Shown one piece after another: positions 54,570 to 64,000 of a stretch of 64,000 bases of DNA. The DNA comes from an uncultured Pseudomonadota bacterium. Its GTDB lineage: Bacteria > Myxococcota_A > Polyangia > Nannocystales > Nannocystaceae. The position numbers and the translations under genes are program-made. The notes below the pieces were generated by a model. It did no database searches, was not told the origin of the DNA, and saw only the letters and a list, made by a program, of their open reading frames with translations. Where the stretch lies: NCBI GenBank assembly GCA_963799255.1, contig CAWCWO010000015.1, forward strand, positions 1,453-65,452, written 5' to 3'. Numbering within the stretch: position 1 is the stretch's first letter; the number at the start of each line of letters is the position of its first letter.

Positions 54570-55211
54570 ATGGGACGAGCGAAACCAGTTCAACTAGGCG
54601 ACACCACTTTCGAATCGAAGAAGGTGGCTCGCGAACACTTCCAACAAATGCTGGCCCGCTACACCGACGGGGACAAGATCAGCAACGACGACTCGATCAC
54701 CCTCTACGATCTCCTCCTAAGACACCCAAACGCAGAGTCGAAGATGAGCGGCGGGATTCTGCATTTCGTAAAGGAATCAGCAGAACCCACGGGCAGTTGC
54801 TTTCACCTTGTAGATGAAGAAGGACACCTTATCGACTTCTCGATAAAGCACTGCATCAACGGGAACACGCCTTCCGTCAGAGCACGTTTCAGCGCAGCGT
54901 GTCGAGCAGCTGTATTCGACGACCTCGCCACGGCGAAGAGTAAAATGCTTGCGCAGCAGGCTGCGGCGACCGCAACCGGCGATGGTACGCGAAGAGACTG
55001 GAAGCTCGTCCACAAGCCCCCCGCCTTCAAGGAAATAGTGGACTCTTTCATAGCGTCCAACAACATCCAGCCTGACGAGTCCCTCCTACTCAACAACAGC
55101 CTGCAGTACGGGGCACACCTTCTCCCCCCCGACCTCGCCGAGGCATTTCGCGCTCACCACGAGGCTGAATGCAACCTCGAACTTGAGCGTCGCCCGGAAA
55201 GCGTCGAGTGA
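54570..55211 (+). CDS. DUF3223-like protein
   Basis: 'FESKKVAREHFQQMLARY...ITLYDLLLRHPNAESKMSGGILHFVKE...CFHLVDEEGHLIDFSIKHCI'. The region is visibly lower in G+C. ATG at 54570. Confidence 0.45.
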   Translation: MGRAKPVQLGDTTFESKKVAREHFQQMLARYTDGDKISNDDSITLYDLLLRHPNAESKMSGGILHFVKESAEPTGSCFHLVDEEGHLIDFSIKHCINGNTPSVRARFSAACRAAVFDDLATAKSKMLAQQAAATATGDGTRRDWKLVHKPPAFKEIVDSFIASNNIQPDESLLLNNSLQYGAHLLPPDLAEAFRAHHEAECNLELERRPESVE

Positions 55212-55574
55212 AAGGGCCGCACCCTCTGTTAGGGTAGTTGCGCGTTGCGCATGAAACGGGCGACGGCGTGGAGCCGAAGCCCGAGGCAGTCGGGGCGAGA
55301 AATTGCCTCTGACGTCACGGCTTGCACTCCACCAACTCGACACATGGGCGCACGGAGTCGCAAAACGCAAAACGCGGCCTGGCTGCGCCGGGAGCGGGGT
55401 GGTGGCATGGCGAAGGGCAAGCCCAGCCCCAAGCAGCGCGAGATCCGGCTATCCGGCGGCTCGAACCTTCATGCGTGATCAGCGACAACTATTTCTGCCG
55501 GTCAGCGACAACTAAAACTGCCGGTTTGGGCGAGTCGAGCGCGCATGTGACGCTGGAGGTGGAGAGCCTCGATT

Positions 55575-57059
55575 TTGGTCACAGATGCACAAGTTCGGCT
55601 GCTGAGGCGGAAAATGAACGAAGGAAAAACACAGGAAGCGGCGGCGGCAGCCGCCGGCATGAGCGTTCGGTCGGCGCGAGAATGGAAAGCGGGGTCCTTG
55701 CCCTCGGAGACGACGGAGCCACGAAGTTGGCGAACGCGGCCGGACCCGTTCGAGGGGGTCTGGCGCTCGAGAATCGAGCCACTACTGGAACGCGATCACA
55801 AGGGGAAGCTCGAGGCGAAAACGCTGCTGGAGGTCCTGGTCGCGGAGGACCCGAAGCGGTTCTCGATGGGACAGCTGCGCACGATGCAACGGCGCCTTCG
55901 AGACTGGCGCGCGCTCAAAGGACCGACCAAGGAGGTGTTCTTCCCGCAGGTCCATTCCCCGGGCGAACAGGGCGCACTGGACTTCACATGCTGCAACGAA
56001 CTCGATGTCACGGTGGCCGCTCAGCCACTGCGGCACCTGCTCTTCGAGTTCGTCCTCGTGTACAGCAAGTGGACGTGGGCATGCGTGGCATTCTCGGAAA
56101 CGTTCGAGGCTCTCGTTGATGGCCTTCAACGAGCACTGTGGGCGCTCGGCGGCGTGCCGAGCGAGCTCCTGACGGACAACCTGTCGGCCGCGACGCATGA
56201 ACTCAAAGGCGGCGGTGGTCGGGCGCTCACGAGGCGCTTCGCCGACGTCTGTGAACACCTCGGCCTCGAGCGAGTCCGACAGATCAACCCGGGCAAGTCC
56301 AACGAGAACGGCGCGGTCGAGGTCCGCCATCGCCGAACGAAGAAGCTGCTCGAGCAAGCGCTCGTACTCCGAGGAAGTCGCGACTTTGACACCGTCGAGG
56401 ACTACGAACGGTTCGTCCAAGACACGCTCGACCGTACGCACAACCGTCATCTCGCCGCCCGTCTCGACGAAGAACGTTCGCTCCTCTCCAAACTCCCCGC
56501 TCGGAGGTTGCCGGCCTACACGTCCTCGACCCCGAAGGTGCGAAAGTGGAGCACGATTCAGGTGCGCGCACGCATCTACTCGGTTCCCTCGCGGCTGATC
56601 GGGCACGAGGTTGAAGCGCGCCTGTTCCCGAACACCGTCGAGGTTTGGTATCGGTCGGAGCGGGTCGAAATCTTCCCCCGCCTGCGCGGCGAGGGGGCGC
56701 ACCGCATCGACTATCGGCACGTCATCGGGTCGTTGGTCCGCAAACCTGGTGCTTTCGCGAACTACCGATTCCGCGAAGACCTGTTTCCAACGCTGGCGTT
56801 TCGGCGCGCCTACGATGCGTTGACCGCGACGCATGGAGCACGCGCGGACGTCGAGTACGTGCGGATCCTGAAGCTGGCTGCGGACACCATGGAGCCGGAT
56901 GTCCATGCCGCCCTGGTGGCGTTGCTCGGCAACAACGAACCCTTCGCCTACGTCGACGTTGAGGCAAGTGTGCGGCCGCTTGAGCCCGAGATCCCGAACA
57001 TCTCGATCCCAGCCCCCGACCTGGGCGACTACGACGAGCTGATCGGCGGTGCGCTGTGA
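55575..57059 (+). CDS. istA: IS21-family transposase IstA
   Basis: 494 aa with an N-terminal HTH ('AAAAAGMSVRSAREW') and a DDE integrase core. It overlaps istB by 4 nt. Confidence 0.9.
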   Translation: MVTDAQVRLLRRKMNEGKTQEAAAAAAGMSVRSAREWKAGSLPSETTEPRSWRTRPDPFEGVWRSRIEPLLERDHKGKLEAKTLLEVLVAEDPKRFSMGQLRTMQRRLRDWRALKGPTKEVFFPQVHSPGEQGALDFTCCNELDVTVAAQPLRHLLFEFVLVYSKWTWACVAFSETFEALVDGLQRALWALGGVPSELLTDNLSAATHELKGGGGRALTRRFADVCEHLGLERVRQINPGKSNENGAVEVRHRRTKKLLEQALVLRGSRDFDTVEDYERFVQDTLDRTHNRHLAARLDEERSLLSKLPARRLPAYTSSTPKVRKWSTIQVRARIYSVPSRLIGHEVEARLFPNTVEVWYRSERVEIFPRLRGEGAHRIDYRHVIGSLVRKPGAFANYRFREDLFPTLAFRRAYDALTATHGARADVEYVRILKLAADTMEPDVHAALVALLGNNEPFAYVDVEASVRPLEPEIPNISIPAPDLGDYDELIGGAL

Positions 57060-57832
57060 ACACCTCGGACACAGCCGCCACCATCGAGAGCAGGATGGTC
57101 ACCCATCTGCTCGCGTTCAAGCTCACCGTGGTCGCCCAGGAACTCGTCAGCCGCCTCGTCCAGGCGGACCAGAGCGCCGCGCTTGCGACGATCCTGGAAG
57201 TGCTGGAGCTCGAGAGCGAGGCCCGGCACGAGCGACGTGTCACGCGACTGCGACGGGCCTCGCGACTCCCAACTGCGAAGACGTTCGAGACCTTCGACGA
57301 GAAGCGGCTCTCTGGCGCCGTCGTGCACAAGCTCGAAGAGCTCAAGCTTGGAGGCTTCGTCGACAACGCCGTCAACATCCTGGCCTTCGGACTGCCAGGG
57401 GTCGGCAAGAGTCACGCGCTCGCGGCTCTGGGACACTCGCTCGTTCAGCAGGGTCGCTCCGTCCTGTGGACGCCGACGTACACGATCGTTCAGGAACTGC
57501 TGGCGGCCAAGCGCGACCTCGACTTGCCCCGAAAACTGCGCAAGCTCGACCAGTTCGACCTCGTCATCCTCGACGACATCGGCTACGTCAACCAGTCCGC
57601 CGAAGAAGCCGAGGTGCTGTTCACGCTCCTCGCCGAGCGCTACGAGAGGCGATCGACCGCGATCACCAGCAACCTCGTGTTCAGCGACTGGGATCGCATC
57701 TTCAAGAACAAGATGGCGACCTCCGCAGCCATCGACCGGCTGGTTCACCACTCCGTCGTCCTCGAATTCGCCGTGCCCAGCTATCGCACGGCGATAGCCA
57801 AGGGCAAGTCCCGGACCAGCAAGAACAGCTGA
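57056..57832 (+). CDS. istB: IS21 helper ATPase IstB
   Basis: Walker A 'GLPGVGKSHAL' and Walker B 'LVILDDIGY'. Confidence 0.9.
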   Translation: MNTSDTAATIESRMVTHLLAFKLTVVAQELVSRLVQADQSAALATILEVLELESEARHERRVTRLRRASRLPTAKTFETFDEKRLSGAVVHKLEELKLGGFVDNAVNILAFGLPGVGKSHALAALGHSLVQQGRSVLWTPTYTIVQELLAAKRDLDLPRKLRKLDQFDLVILDDIGYVNQSAEEAEVLFTLLAERYERRSTAITSNLVFSDWDRIFKNKMATSAAIDRLVHHSVVLEFAVPSYRTAIAKGKSRTSKNS

Positions 57833-58089
57833 GCCTCATCCAGAGTACGTGACCGGTGCTGAACGACAACTACCCCCTCGACGGTCGCTCGTGGGTGTCA
57901 CCACCAAGACCCGGACCGGCAAAAATAGTTGTCGCGATGCGGCAAGAATAGTTGACGTCGATCATTCATGCGGCAACTTTCTTGAAATCCAGCGACATCG
58001 AGCAACCCCATTAGTCGCTCAGTCGCTCGACAAACGCTGCAACATACCGTGCCCGAGCGGGAACGCCGGTTCCGCGGAAACAAGAGCCC

Positions 58090-60195
58090 TCAGAGCCCAT
58101 CCTGAACGTTTCCAATTAGCTCGACTTCGAACCGGTGAAACTCCGGCTCCTCGGGACGGAGTTCGCCGAGCCCCTGAAGCGCGCGGTCGAGATCTTCACC
58201 TTCTCCAATCATGGTGGAGATCTTCTCAGCAAGGGGAAGAGGCACCCCATATTCGTCCAGCGCAACAACCACCGGATTGCGAAACAAGCACTCCACAAGC
58301 GCAGCATAGTGACCATAAGACCCCGGACTACGCCCGCATTCCTTGAGTACGTATTCTTGAATCCGGTCAAGCGCCCGGAGCAGTCGAGGTACTTCGAAGG
58401 CCGCCCATTTGCGTTGAAAAGACAGGCTCCTGTCCACCGCCTCATCAACACTTTCCGCAGCATGAGGAGGCGTGAGTTCGTCAAGAATCAGTTCCTTAAC
58501 GCTCAAGCGTCTCGCGAGCCGCGAGATCTTGAAGGCGAGCTGTGCAGAGGACAACACGCCCGAACTCCCACGCTTCACGAAGTGTCTCCAAACCAGGTCA
58601 CAGGCGTTCTTGAGTTGAGGAAAAGTTGGCTTCTGACTCCAGCCGAGTAGCGGCCCCTGCCGACTGATTCCGTTCAAAATCTCCTCCGCCAGGTCCAGCT
58701 GTGCTTCAGGCTCCAGGCCTGCGTTGGCTCGGAGAACCGAGAGTGGCAGAGCCCCTCTCTCACGAAGTGCATCCACACGTGCAAGAGCCCCGGGTTTCAG
58801 GTCGCTTTCCTCGAGCTGGAGGAGCAGGCTCGTAGGGACATCCTCTGACTGCGTTAGAAACGGAAGCTCAACTCTCGGATAATCCTCCCCTGGCGGGTCG
58901 CCGAACAGATACACCCGCCCAACGAAATGCTCAAACATCCGACCAGACCGACCCTTGATGTTGTTGAATGTGAAGTAGTCCAGCTTTTTTCTGGCGACCT
59001 TGTTTTCATAGACAACCACATTCTTCGCCTTCGTATTAACCCCTTCGATTAGAGTTGACGTACAAACCAGAAAACGTAAGCGACCGTCGTTGAACGCTCG
59101 AACGAGGAACTGCCCGACCGCTCTGGGTAAACGTCCGTGGTGAATCCCAACCCCCTGCCGGACGGCTTTCGAAAGCGTCCATTCGGCGTGAAAGTGCTCG
59201 CACAACCAGTCTGAAGCGTCTTCCATCCCGGCACTGCTGCTTCCGATCCCTGCCGCCAGCAACGCGCGTACGATCTTGACTGCGCCTGCTGGGGACGCAA
59301 CGTAGATCAGCGTTGGCTCCTTGAGTCTGTCACAGAGCTGCACTAGCGCCTTCAACTTCCCTGGTTTCTGAGAAACCTTCACTTCTTCAGACACCACCGT
59401 GTGAACCGCGGTTCGGATAAACCGACAGCTTAGCTTCTGCTCCGCACCCTCCGTGATCTTGTGAATATTCGGACCCAACAAGTAGAACTGCGAGTTCTGG
59501 CGCGACAGTCTGTAAAAAATCTGGTTCAGCAGAACGCTTCGCCTATCGCCCGCGTCACCTTGGAGCTTGTAGAACTCATCAATAACGAAGAACTCCACTT
59601 CGGGAAGCTGTGAAAAGGCGAGCGCGCGCTCCTGGGTCAAAACATAGATATTACGCGACGCCTTCACCTGACTCGGATGAGTAATGATTTTGTAGCTTCG
59701 ATATTTGGTTAGCCGTCTCCGGGTCTCATCAATCAGCGCCAGCGTAGGAACGATGACCGCAATGCTGCAAAATTTGGCAGACGATACGACAGCATCAATG
59801 ATTAGGCTCTTCCCGAAGCTCGTGGGGGCACTGAGAATGACATTCTCTCCGCGCATAATGCGCGCGTAAACCTCGAATTGGACTCGATGGAAGGTGACAT
59901 CGGACATGCCCTCTGGGCTGTGGAGTTCGTGCTCAAGCAGCTCCCGTGTGGACGCACAGGCCGTACTTGCATAAGGGAATAGTCCGTCTGCGCGAACGAT
60001 GGAGTCGAGGATTGCCCCCGAAGAACCAAACTCAGCACGACGTTCCAGGGCACGAAGCAACAGTTCCGTCGTTTCCTCTGAGTCGGACGCCTGCAACAGT
60101 GCGAGATTCTGGACGAGTTCGAAAGCGGAATCATTGTCAAGCTTCCCGGAACGAAGCTTGCTACGCATCTGTGTGGGCGTCAGATGTTCTGCCAT
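58090..60195 (-). CDS. hamB: SF2 helicase, Hachiman HamB-like
   Basis: 'ILSAPTSFGKSLI' (motif I), 'FVIDEFYKL' (motif II), 'TSTLIEGVNTKAKNV', 'IKGRSGRM' (motif VI). It lies immediately downstream of, and overlaps by 16 nt, a DUF1837-like gene. Confidence 0.65.
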   Translation of the reverse strand: MAEHLTPTQMRSKLRSGKLDNDSAFELVQNLALLQASDSEETTELLLRALERRAEFGSSGAILDSIVRADGLFPYASTACASTRELLEHELHSPEGMSDVTFHRVQFEVYARIMRGENVILSAPTSFGKSLIIDAVVSSAKFCSIAVIVPTLALIDETRRRLTKYRSYKIITHPSQVKASRNIYVLTQERALAFSQLPEVEFFVIDEFYKLQGDAGDRRSVLLNQIFYRLSRQNSQFYLLGPNIHKITEGAEQKLSCRFIRTAVHTVVSEEVKVSQKPGKLKALVQLCDRLKEPTLIYVASPAGAVKIVRALLAAGIGSSSAGMEDASDWLCEHFHAEWTLSKAVRQGVGIHHGRLPRAVGQFLVRAFNDGRLRFLVCTSTLIEGVNTKAKNVVVYENKVARKKLDYFTFNNIKGRSGRMFEHFVGRVYLFGDPPGEDYPRVELPFLTQSEDVPTSLLLQLEESDLKPGALARVDALRERGALPLSVLRANAGLEPEAQLDLAEEILNGISRQGPLLGWSQKPTFPQLKNACDLVWRHFVKRGSSGVLSSAQLAFKISRLARRLSVKELILDELTPPHAAESVDEAVDRSLSFQRKWAAFEVPRLLRALDRIQEYVLKECGRSPGSYGHYAALVECLFRNPVVVALDEYGVPLPLAEKISTMIGEGEDLDRALQGLGELRPEEPEFHRFEVELIGNVQDGL

Positions 60196-61088
60196 GCGCG
60201 CAGCCTTTCATGAAGTGCATCAATAAGCGCCTTCTTCCGATCCAGAGGCAACAGGAAGAGGTGAACGTGGATCTCCTTCGGCCAATCCGCGCCGACGAAC
60301 GTCGCATAGTTCGCTTCCATTTCCGACACGAAAGCCTGTTCGTACTCAGCGTTGCACACAGAATACCCTCCGACACACTTGCTTTCGTATGTCAGCAACA
60401 CCGGTATTCGCAGCCGAGAGAAAACAGAGTCCAGGGAGGTATTCGGACTCAGCAACTCATTCACCGCTGCGGCATGTACCCATTCTGAATCGACCTTGTT
60501 CTGAATCAACGCAAACTCCGTACGAAGGTAGTCCGCCCGAGTGTGGTCGACAAGCTCCTTTGCCACATCACGAACCGCTTTTCTGTAGTCCTTGTAGAAC
60601 TTCGTTTCGCCGAGCCACAGCTCAAGTTCGGAACCTTTTTCAACAACATGGACAGCGTCAAAACCCTTTACAGTTTCGTTTGCCGCACTCTTGAAGAAGA
60701 TCTTCGAGATTACCGGAAGTGAACCGCAGAACTGCCGAACTGCAGCATGCAGCAGAAGCTCACCGAACTCACCCCGGTTCTGATATTTCGGGGTTTGATA
60801 GACGATATGAGCAGCCTTGCGAAGGAGCCGGACTGCATTATGGTGCCCAAGGGCGTCCAGTTCCCGGTTGGAAAGCGCAAATTCTGGCAGCCATTCGAGG
60901 AGATGCTCCGCAAGTTGTTCAGCTCTCCAAACGGTTTGTTCGTACCCAACGCAAAGGCCCGTGTACGCGGGGAACAGCTCATGGTGGTGCACTCGAGCGC
61001 GGAGAAAGGGCTCCGGCTGGGCCGATGCGAATCCTTTTCTCCCCCGCACTAGAACGCCGGCCGGAGCGCGTGCGAGAGAAGTCGGCAT
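60180..61088 (-). CDS. hamA: DUF1837-like PD-(D/E)xK protein, Hachiman HamA-like
   Basis: 'NRGEFGELLLHAAVRQF...KGFDAVHVV...LWLGETKFYKDYRKAV' (D...ExK). ATG at 61088 is preferred over 61265. Confidence 0.65.
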   Translation of the reverse strand: MPTSLARAPAGVLVRGRKGFASAQPEPFLRARVHHHELFPAYTGLCVGYEQTVWRAEQLAEHLLEWLPEFALSNRELDALGHHNAVRLLRKAAHIVYQTPKYQNRGEFGELLLHAAVRQFCGSLPVISKIFFKSAANETVKGFDAVHVVEKGSELELWLGETKFYKDYRKAVRDVAKELVDHTRADYLRTEFALIQNKVDSEWVHAAAVNELLSPNTSLDSVFSRLRIPVLLTYESKCVGGYSVCNAEYEQAFVSEMEANYATFVGADWPKEIHVHLFLLPLDRKKALIDALHERLRAWQNI

Positions 61089-61535
61089 GGTCCAACGCTC
61101 GGACGGCACAACCGGAGCGGCATGGGAGTCGTTGCGCTTGCGCACCCCTCGCCAACTAGAGCACAAACCCCCGCCGCTTGACTGTCCGCGACCGAGTGTT
61201 GTTTGAAGGAAGGCAGCATCGCTCCGATAGTACCAGAGTATCTCGCCCCCTCGATTCGATCCCACCTACGATAGTCCCAGAAGCCGCGACCCCGAACCCC
61301 GAACCGGTCCGTTCGGACCTTTCCCGCTGTTCCAACTGTTCGCGCTCTTCCAAGAAAACCGGACGACGGGCCGGGTGCTCCTTGAACAGGACAAGAGGAT
61401 TCGGAACGATGGACAAGTGGTTGGTGCTGCGGCCGGAAGAATCACGCTACCGCCGCTTCGGACGTGGCTCATCGGGGATCCGACGAAGGGGCGCGGATAC
61501 GACAGACACAGCTCCGTCCCTGGAGCGTGCGAGCC

Positions 61536-64000
61536 CTACCCCACCTTACTCCGCAACACATACTGCAAAATCCCCCCATGCCGGTAGTACTCCACCTCAT
61601 TCGGAGTATCCACCCGCGCCACGCACTCAAACTCCGTCTTCTTCCCATCCCCTCCCGTGGCCACAACCTTCACCATCTGCATCGGCTTCAGCCCGCCTGC
61701 GATCCCGCTGAGATCAAACACCTCTTTCCCCGTCAGCCCAAGCTCCTCGATCCCCTCGCCCTCCTTGAAGCACAGCGGCAACACGCCCATGCCCACCAGG
61801 TTGCTTCGGTGGATCCGCTCGAAGCTCTTCGTAATCACCGCCTTAACTCCAAGCAGAATCGTCCCCTTAGCCGCCCAATCCCGACTCGAGCCCGTCCCGT
61901 ACTCCGTGCCCCCGAGCACCACCAGCGGCACGCCGTCCGCCTTGTACTTCTCCGCCGCGTCGAAGATCGACATCTCCTCGCCGCTGGGCTGATGCCGCGT
62001 CCAGCCACCTTCAGTGCCGGGCGCCAGCAGGTTCTTCAGGCGAATGTTTGCAAACGTTCCGCGGATCATCACCTCGTGGTTCCCGCGCCGACTTCCAAAG
62101 CTGTTGAAGTCTGCAGGCTTCACGCCGTTTTCCTGCAGATACCGTCCCGCAGGGCCGTCCTTCGGAATGTTGCCCGCCGGCGAGATGTGGTCCGTCGTCA
62201 CCGTGTCCCCCAGCTTGGCCAAACACCGAGCCCCGGAGATGTCCTGCAGCGCGTCGGGCTCCCGCCCCATGCCCACGAAGTACGGCGGGTTGCGAATGTA
62301 CGTGCTGTCCGGCTCCCATGCGTAGCTCTGCCCTTTGGGGGTTTCCAGCTTCGCCCAGTTCTCGTCGCCCTTGAACACGTCCGCGTATTGCTCCGCGAAC
62401 TGGTCCTTGCCCAGACACTCGCGCACCAGCTCCGCCACCTCCTTCGGCGTGGGCCAGATGTCCTTCATGAACACATCCTTCCCATCCCGATCCTGGCCGA
62501 TCGCCTCCGAGTACGGGTCCCAGTCCATGTGCCCCTTGAGCGCGTACGCGACCACCAGCGGCGGCGAGGCCAGGTAGTTGGCCCGAATGTTCGGACCGAT
62601 CCGCCCTTCGAAGTTGCGGTTGCCCGAGAGCACCGATGTCGCGATGAAGTCCCCTTTGTTGATCGCCTCCACGATCGGCGGGTCCAGAGGTCCGCTGTTG
62701 CCAATGCACGTCGTGCAGCCGTAGCCCACCGTGTTGAACCCCAGCGCCTCCAGATCGTCCATCAGGTTCGCCTTCTCCAGGTAGTCCGTCACCACCCTCG
62801 AGCCCGGCGCCAGGCTCGTCTTCACCCAGGGCTTCGTCTCCAGGCCCAGCGCTCGCGCCTTGCGAGCCAGCAGACCTGCCGCCACCATCACGCTGGGGTT
62901 GCTCGTGTTGGTGCACGACGTAATCGCCGCGATCACCACATTGCCGTCGCCAAACTCGAAGCTCTTGCCTTTGTGCGTCACCGACACCGTGTTGCCGCGG
63001 GTCGCCTCCGTCACCTCATCGAGCACCAGCTTCCTCCACGCGTCTTTCGACTTCGTCAGCTCGATGCGATCCTGCGGACGCTTCGGCCCCGCGATGCTCG
63101 GCACCACCGTGCCCAGGTCCAGCTCTATCGACGTCGTAAACACCGGGTCCGGCGTCGCCTTGGTGCGGAACAGCCCCTGCTCTTTTGCGTACGCCTCCAC
63201 CAGCTGCACGCTCTCCTCGGGCCGGTTCGTGAAGCGCAGGTATGTCAGCACCTCGTCGTCGATCGGGAAGAAGCCACACGTGGCCCCGTACTCCGGCGCC
63301 ATGTTGGCGATCGTTGCTCTGTCGGGCAGCGACAGGTGGTCGAGCCCGGGCCCGTAAAACTCCACAAACTTGCCCACAACCCCGTGCGCCCGAAGCATCT
63401 GCGTCACGGTCAGCACCATGTCGGTTGCGTTGGCCCCCTCGGGCAGCTTGCCCTTGAGCTTAAAGCCAACCACCTGCGGCACCAGCATCGAGATCGCCTG
63501 GCCCAACATCGCCGCCTCGGCTTCGATGCCGCCCACGCCCCAGCCCAGCACCGACAGCGCGTTGATCATCGTCGTGTGCGAGTCCGTGCCCACCAGCGTG
63601 TCCGGGTAGGCCTGCGTGACGCCGTCCTTCTCCTTGGTCCAGATCGTGCGCGCCAGGTACTCGAGGTTGACCTGGTGCACGATGCCCGTGCCCGGAGGCA
63701 CCGCGCGGAAGTTTTGGAACGACTCCGTGCCCCAGCGCAGGAACAGGTACCGCTCGCGGTTGCGCAGGTACTCCAGCTTCACGTTGAGCCCGTAGGACGC
63801 CTCGGTGCCGTAGCTGTCCACCTGCACCGAGTGGTCGATCACCAGGTCGACCGGCTGCTCGGGGTTGATCTGGTCCGCGCTCCCGCCCAGCGCCACCATC
63901 GCGTCGCGCATCGCCGCCAGGTCCACCACCGCCGGAACCCCCGTGAAGTCCTGCAGCACCACCCGCGCCGGGTGGTACGCGATCTCCACCGAGGGCGTGG
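61536..64000 (-). CDS. acnA: Aconitate hydratase A (partial; the N-terminus lies beyond the window end)
   Basis: '[23 protein letters not shown]', '[10 protein letters not shown]', '[10 protein letters not shown]', '[10 protein letters not shown]', '[17 protein letters not shown]', ending '[13 protein letters not shown]'. The frame is open to nt 64000. Confidence 0.95.
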   Translation of the reverse strand, partial: TPSVEIAYHPARVVLQDFTGVPAVVDLAAMRDAMVALGGSADQINPEQPVDLVIDHSVQVDSYGTEASYGLNVKLEYLRNRERYLFLRWGTESFQNFRAVPPGTGIVHQVNLEYLARTIWTKEKDGVTQAYPDTLVGTDSHTTMINALSVLGWGVGGIEAEAAMLGQAISMLVPQVVGFKLKGKLPEGANATDMVLTVTQMLRAHGVVGKFVEFYGPGLDHLSLPDRATIANMAPEYGATCGFFPIDDEVLTYLRFTNRPEESVQLVEAYAKEQGLFRTKATPDPVFTTSIELDLGTVVPSIAGPKRPQDRIELTKSKDAWRKLVLDEVTEATRGNTVSVTHKGKSFEFGDGNVVIAAITSCTNTSNPSVMVAAGLLARKARALGLETKPWVKTSLAPGSRVVTDYLEKANLMDDLEALGFNTVGYGCTTCIGNSGPLDPPIVEAINKGDFIATSVLSGNRNFEGRIGPNIRANYLASPPLVVAYALKGHMDWDPYSEAIGQDRDGKDVFMKDIWPTPKEVAELVRECLGKDQFAEQYADVFKGDENWAKLETPKGQSYAWEPDSTYIRNPPYFVGMGREPDALQDISGARCLAKLGDTVTTDHISPAGNIPKDGPAGRYLQENGVKPADFNSFGSRRGNHEVMIRGTFANIRLKNLLAPGTEGGWTRHQPSGEEMSIFDAAEKYKADGVPLVVLGGTEYGTGSSRDWAAKGTILLGVKAVITKSFERIHRSNLVGMGVLPLCFKEGEGIEELGLTGKEVFDLSGIAGGLKPMQMVKVVATGGDGKKTEFECVARVDTPNEVEYYRHGGILQYVLRSKVG

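Larger units (their letters stand above)
55476..57964 (+). mobile_element. Complete IS21-family insertion sequence (istA-istB) with an 8-bp target-site duplication
   Basis: Multi-repeat termini: 'tgatcagcgacaactatttctgccggtcagcgacaactaaaactgccgg' (left). The right end in reverse complement is 'tgatcgacgtcaactattcttgccgcatcgcgacaactatttttgccgg'. Direct repeat TTCATGCG at 55468-55475 and 57965-57972. Confidence 0.9.

Noticed and set aside
55440-55475. 'ggttcgagcc' on the minus strand next to the IS21 target, considered as a tRNA T-arm and so a tRNA-linked integration site.
   Set aside because: The flanking bases cannot form a T-stem or an acceptor stem. No cloverleaf can be drawn. I found no tRNA or rRNA gene anywhere in the window by eye.

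Overview
High-G+C bacterial chromosomal segment (G+C judged by eye, not computed). It carries myxobacterial hallmarks: a lipoprotein with eight 'myxococcus cysteine-rich repeats', many Cys-rich lipoproteins with Ser/Gly/Thr linkers, an FG-GAP propeller, a Ser/Thr kinase and Rpn/DUF4351-type nucleases. Only a few genes look like housekeeping: partial aconitase AcnA at the right edge, RtcB, a class-C-like serine hydrolase and an AraC/SDR pair. The rest is an accessory region full of insertion sequences. Three IS copies are complete with terminal inverted repeats and target-site duplications: IS5/IS1182-like at 14622-16131, ISL3 at 27212-28727 and IS21 at 55476-57964. There are also IS1380 and IS256 transposase remnants and about ten frameshifted, truncated or nonsense-interrupted genes. 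Recognisable conflict or defence content includes a Hachiman-like hamA/hamB pair on a visibly lower-G+C island (58090-61088) and an AbiEi/AbiEii toxin-antitoxin pair whose toxin is frameshifted and carries a WYL-like tail. It also includes degraded ImmA/IrrE-DUF4411 remnants, a PLD-SF2 helicase-DUF3427 single-gene nuclease-helicase, a SUFU-like immunity-type gene and a secreted DRGH non-specific nuclease. The best candidate for something undescribed is the left-end locus (6-10205). It starts with a 1663-aa protein combining a Cap4/DUF4297-like nuclease, a P-loop NTPase and HEAT repeats. After a repeat-bearing 240-nt spacer comes a translationally coupled pair: a 577-aa flavoprotein-like protein and a ~1082-aa protein with a divergent PLD-like (DPY...HDR) module and HEAT-like repeats. 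I cannot assign that composition to any named system. Other oddities are a 48-bp tandem repeat encoding a 16-aa Cys/Asp repeat, a lipoprotein with two knottin-like cystine motifs, and a ~90-nt leader element shared by two unrelated genes, one copy hit by ISL3. A paralogous repeat-protein gene is also split by an in-frame TGA. All domain calls come from motif recognition by eye. No searches were run.
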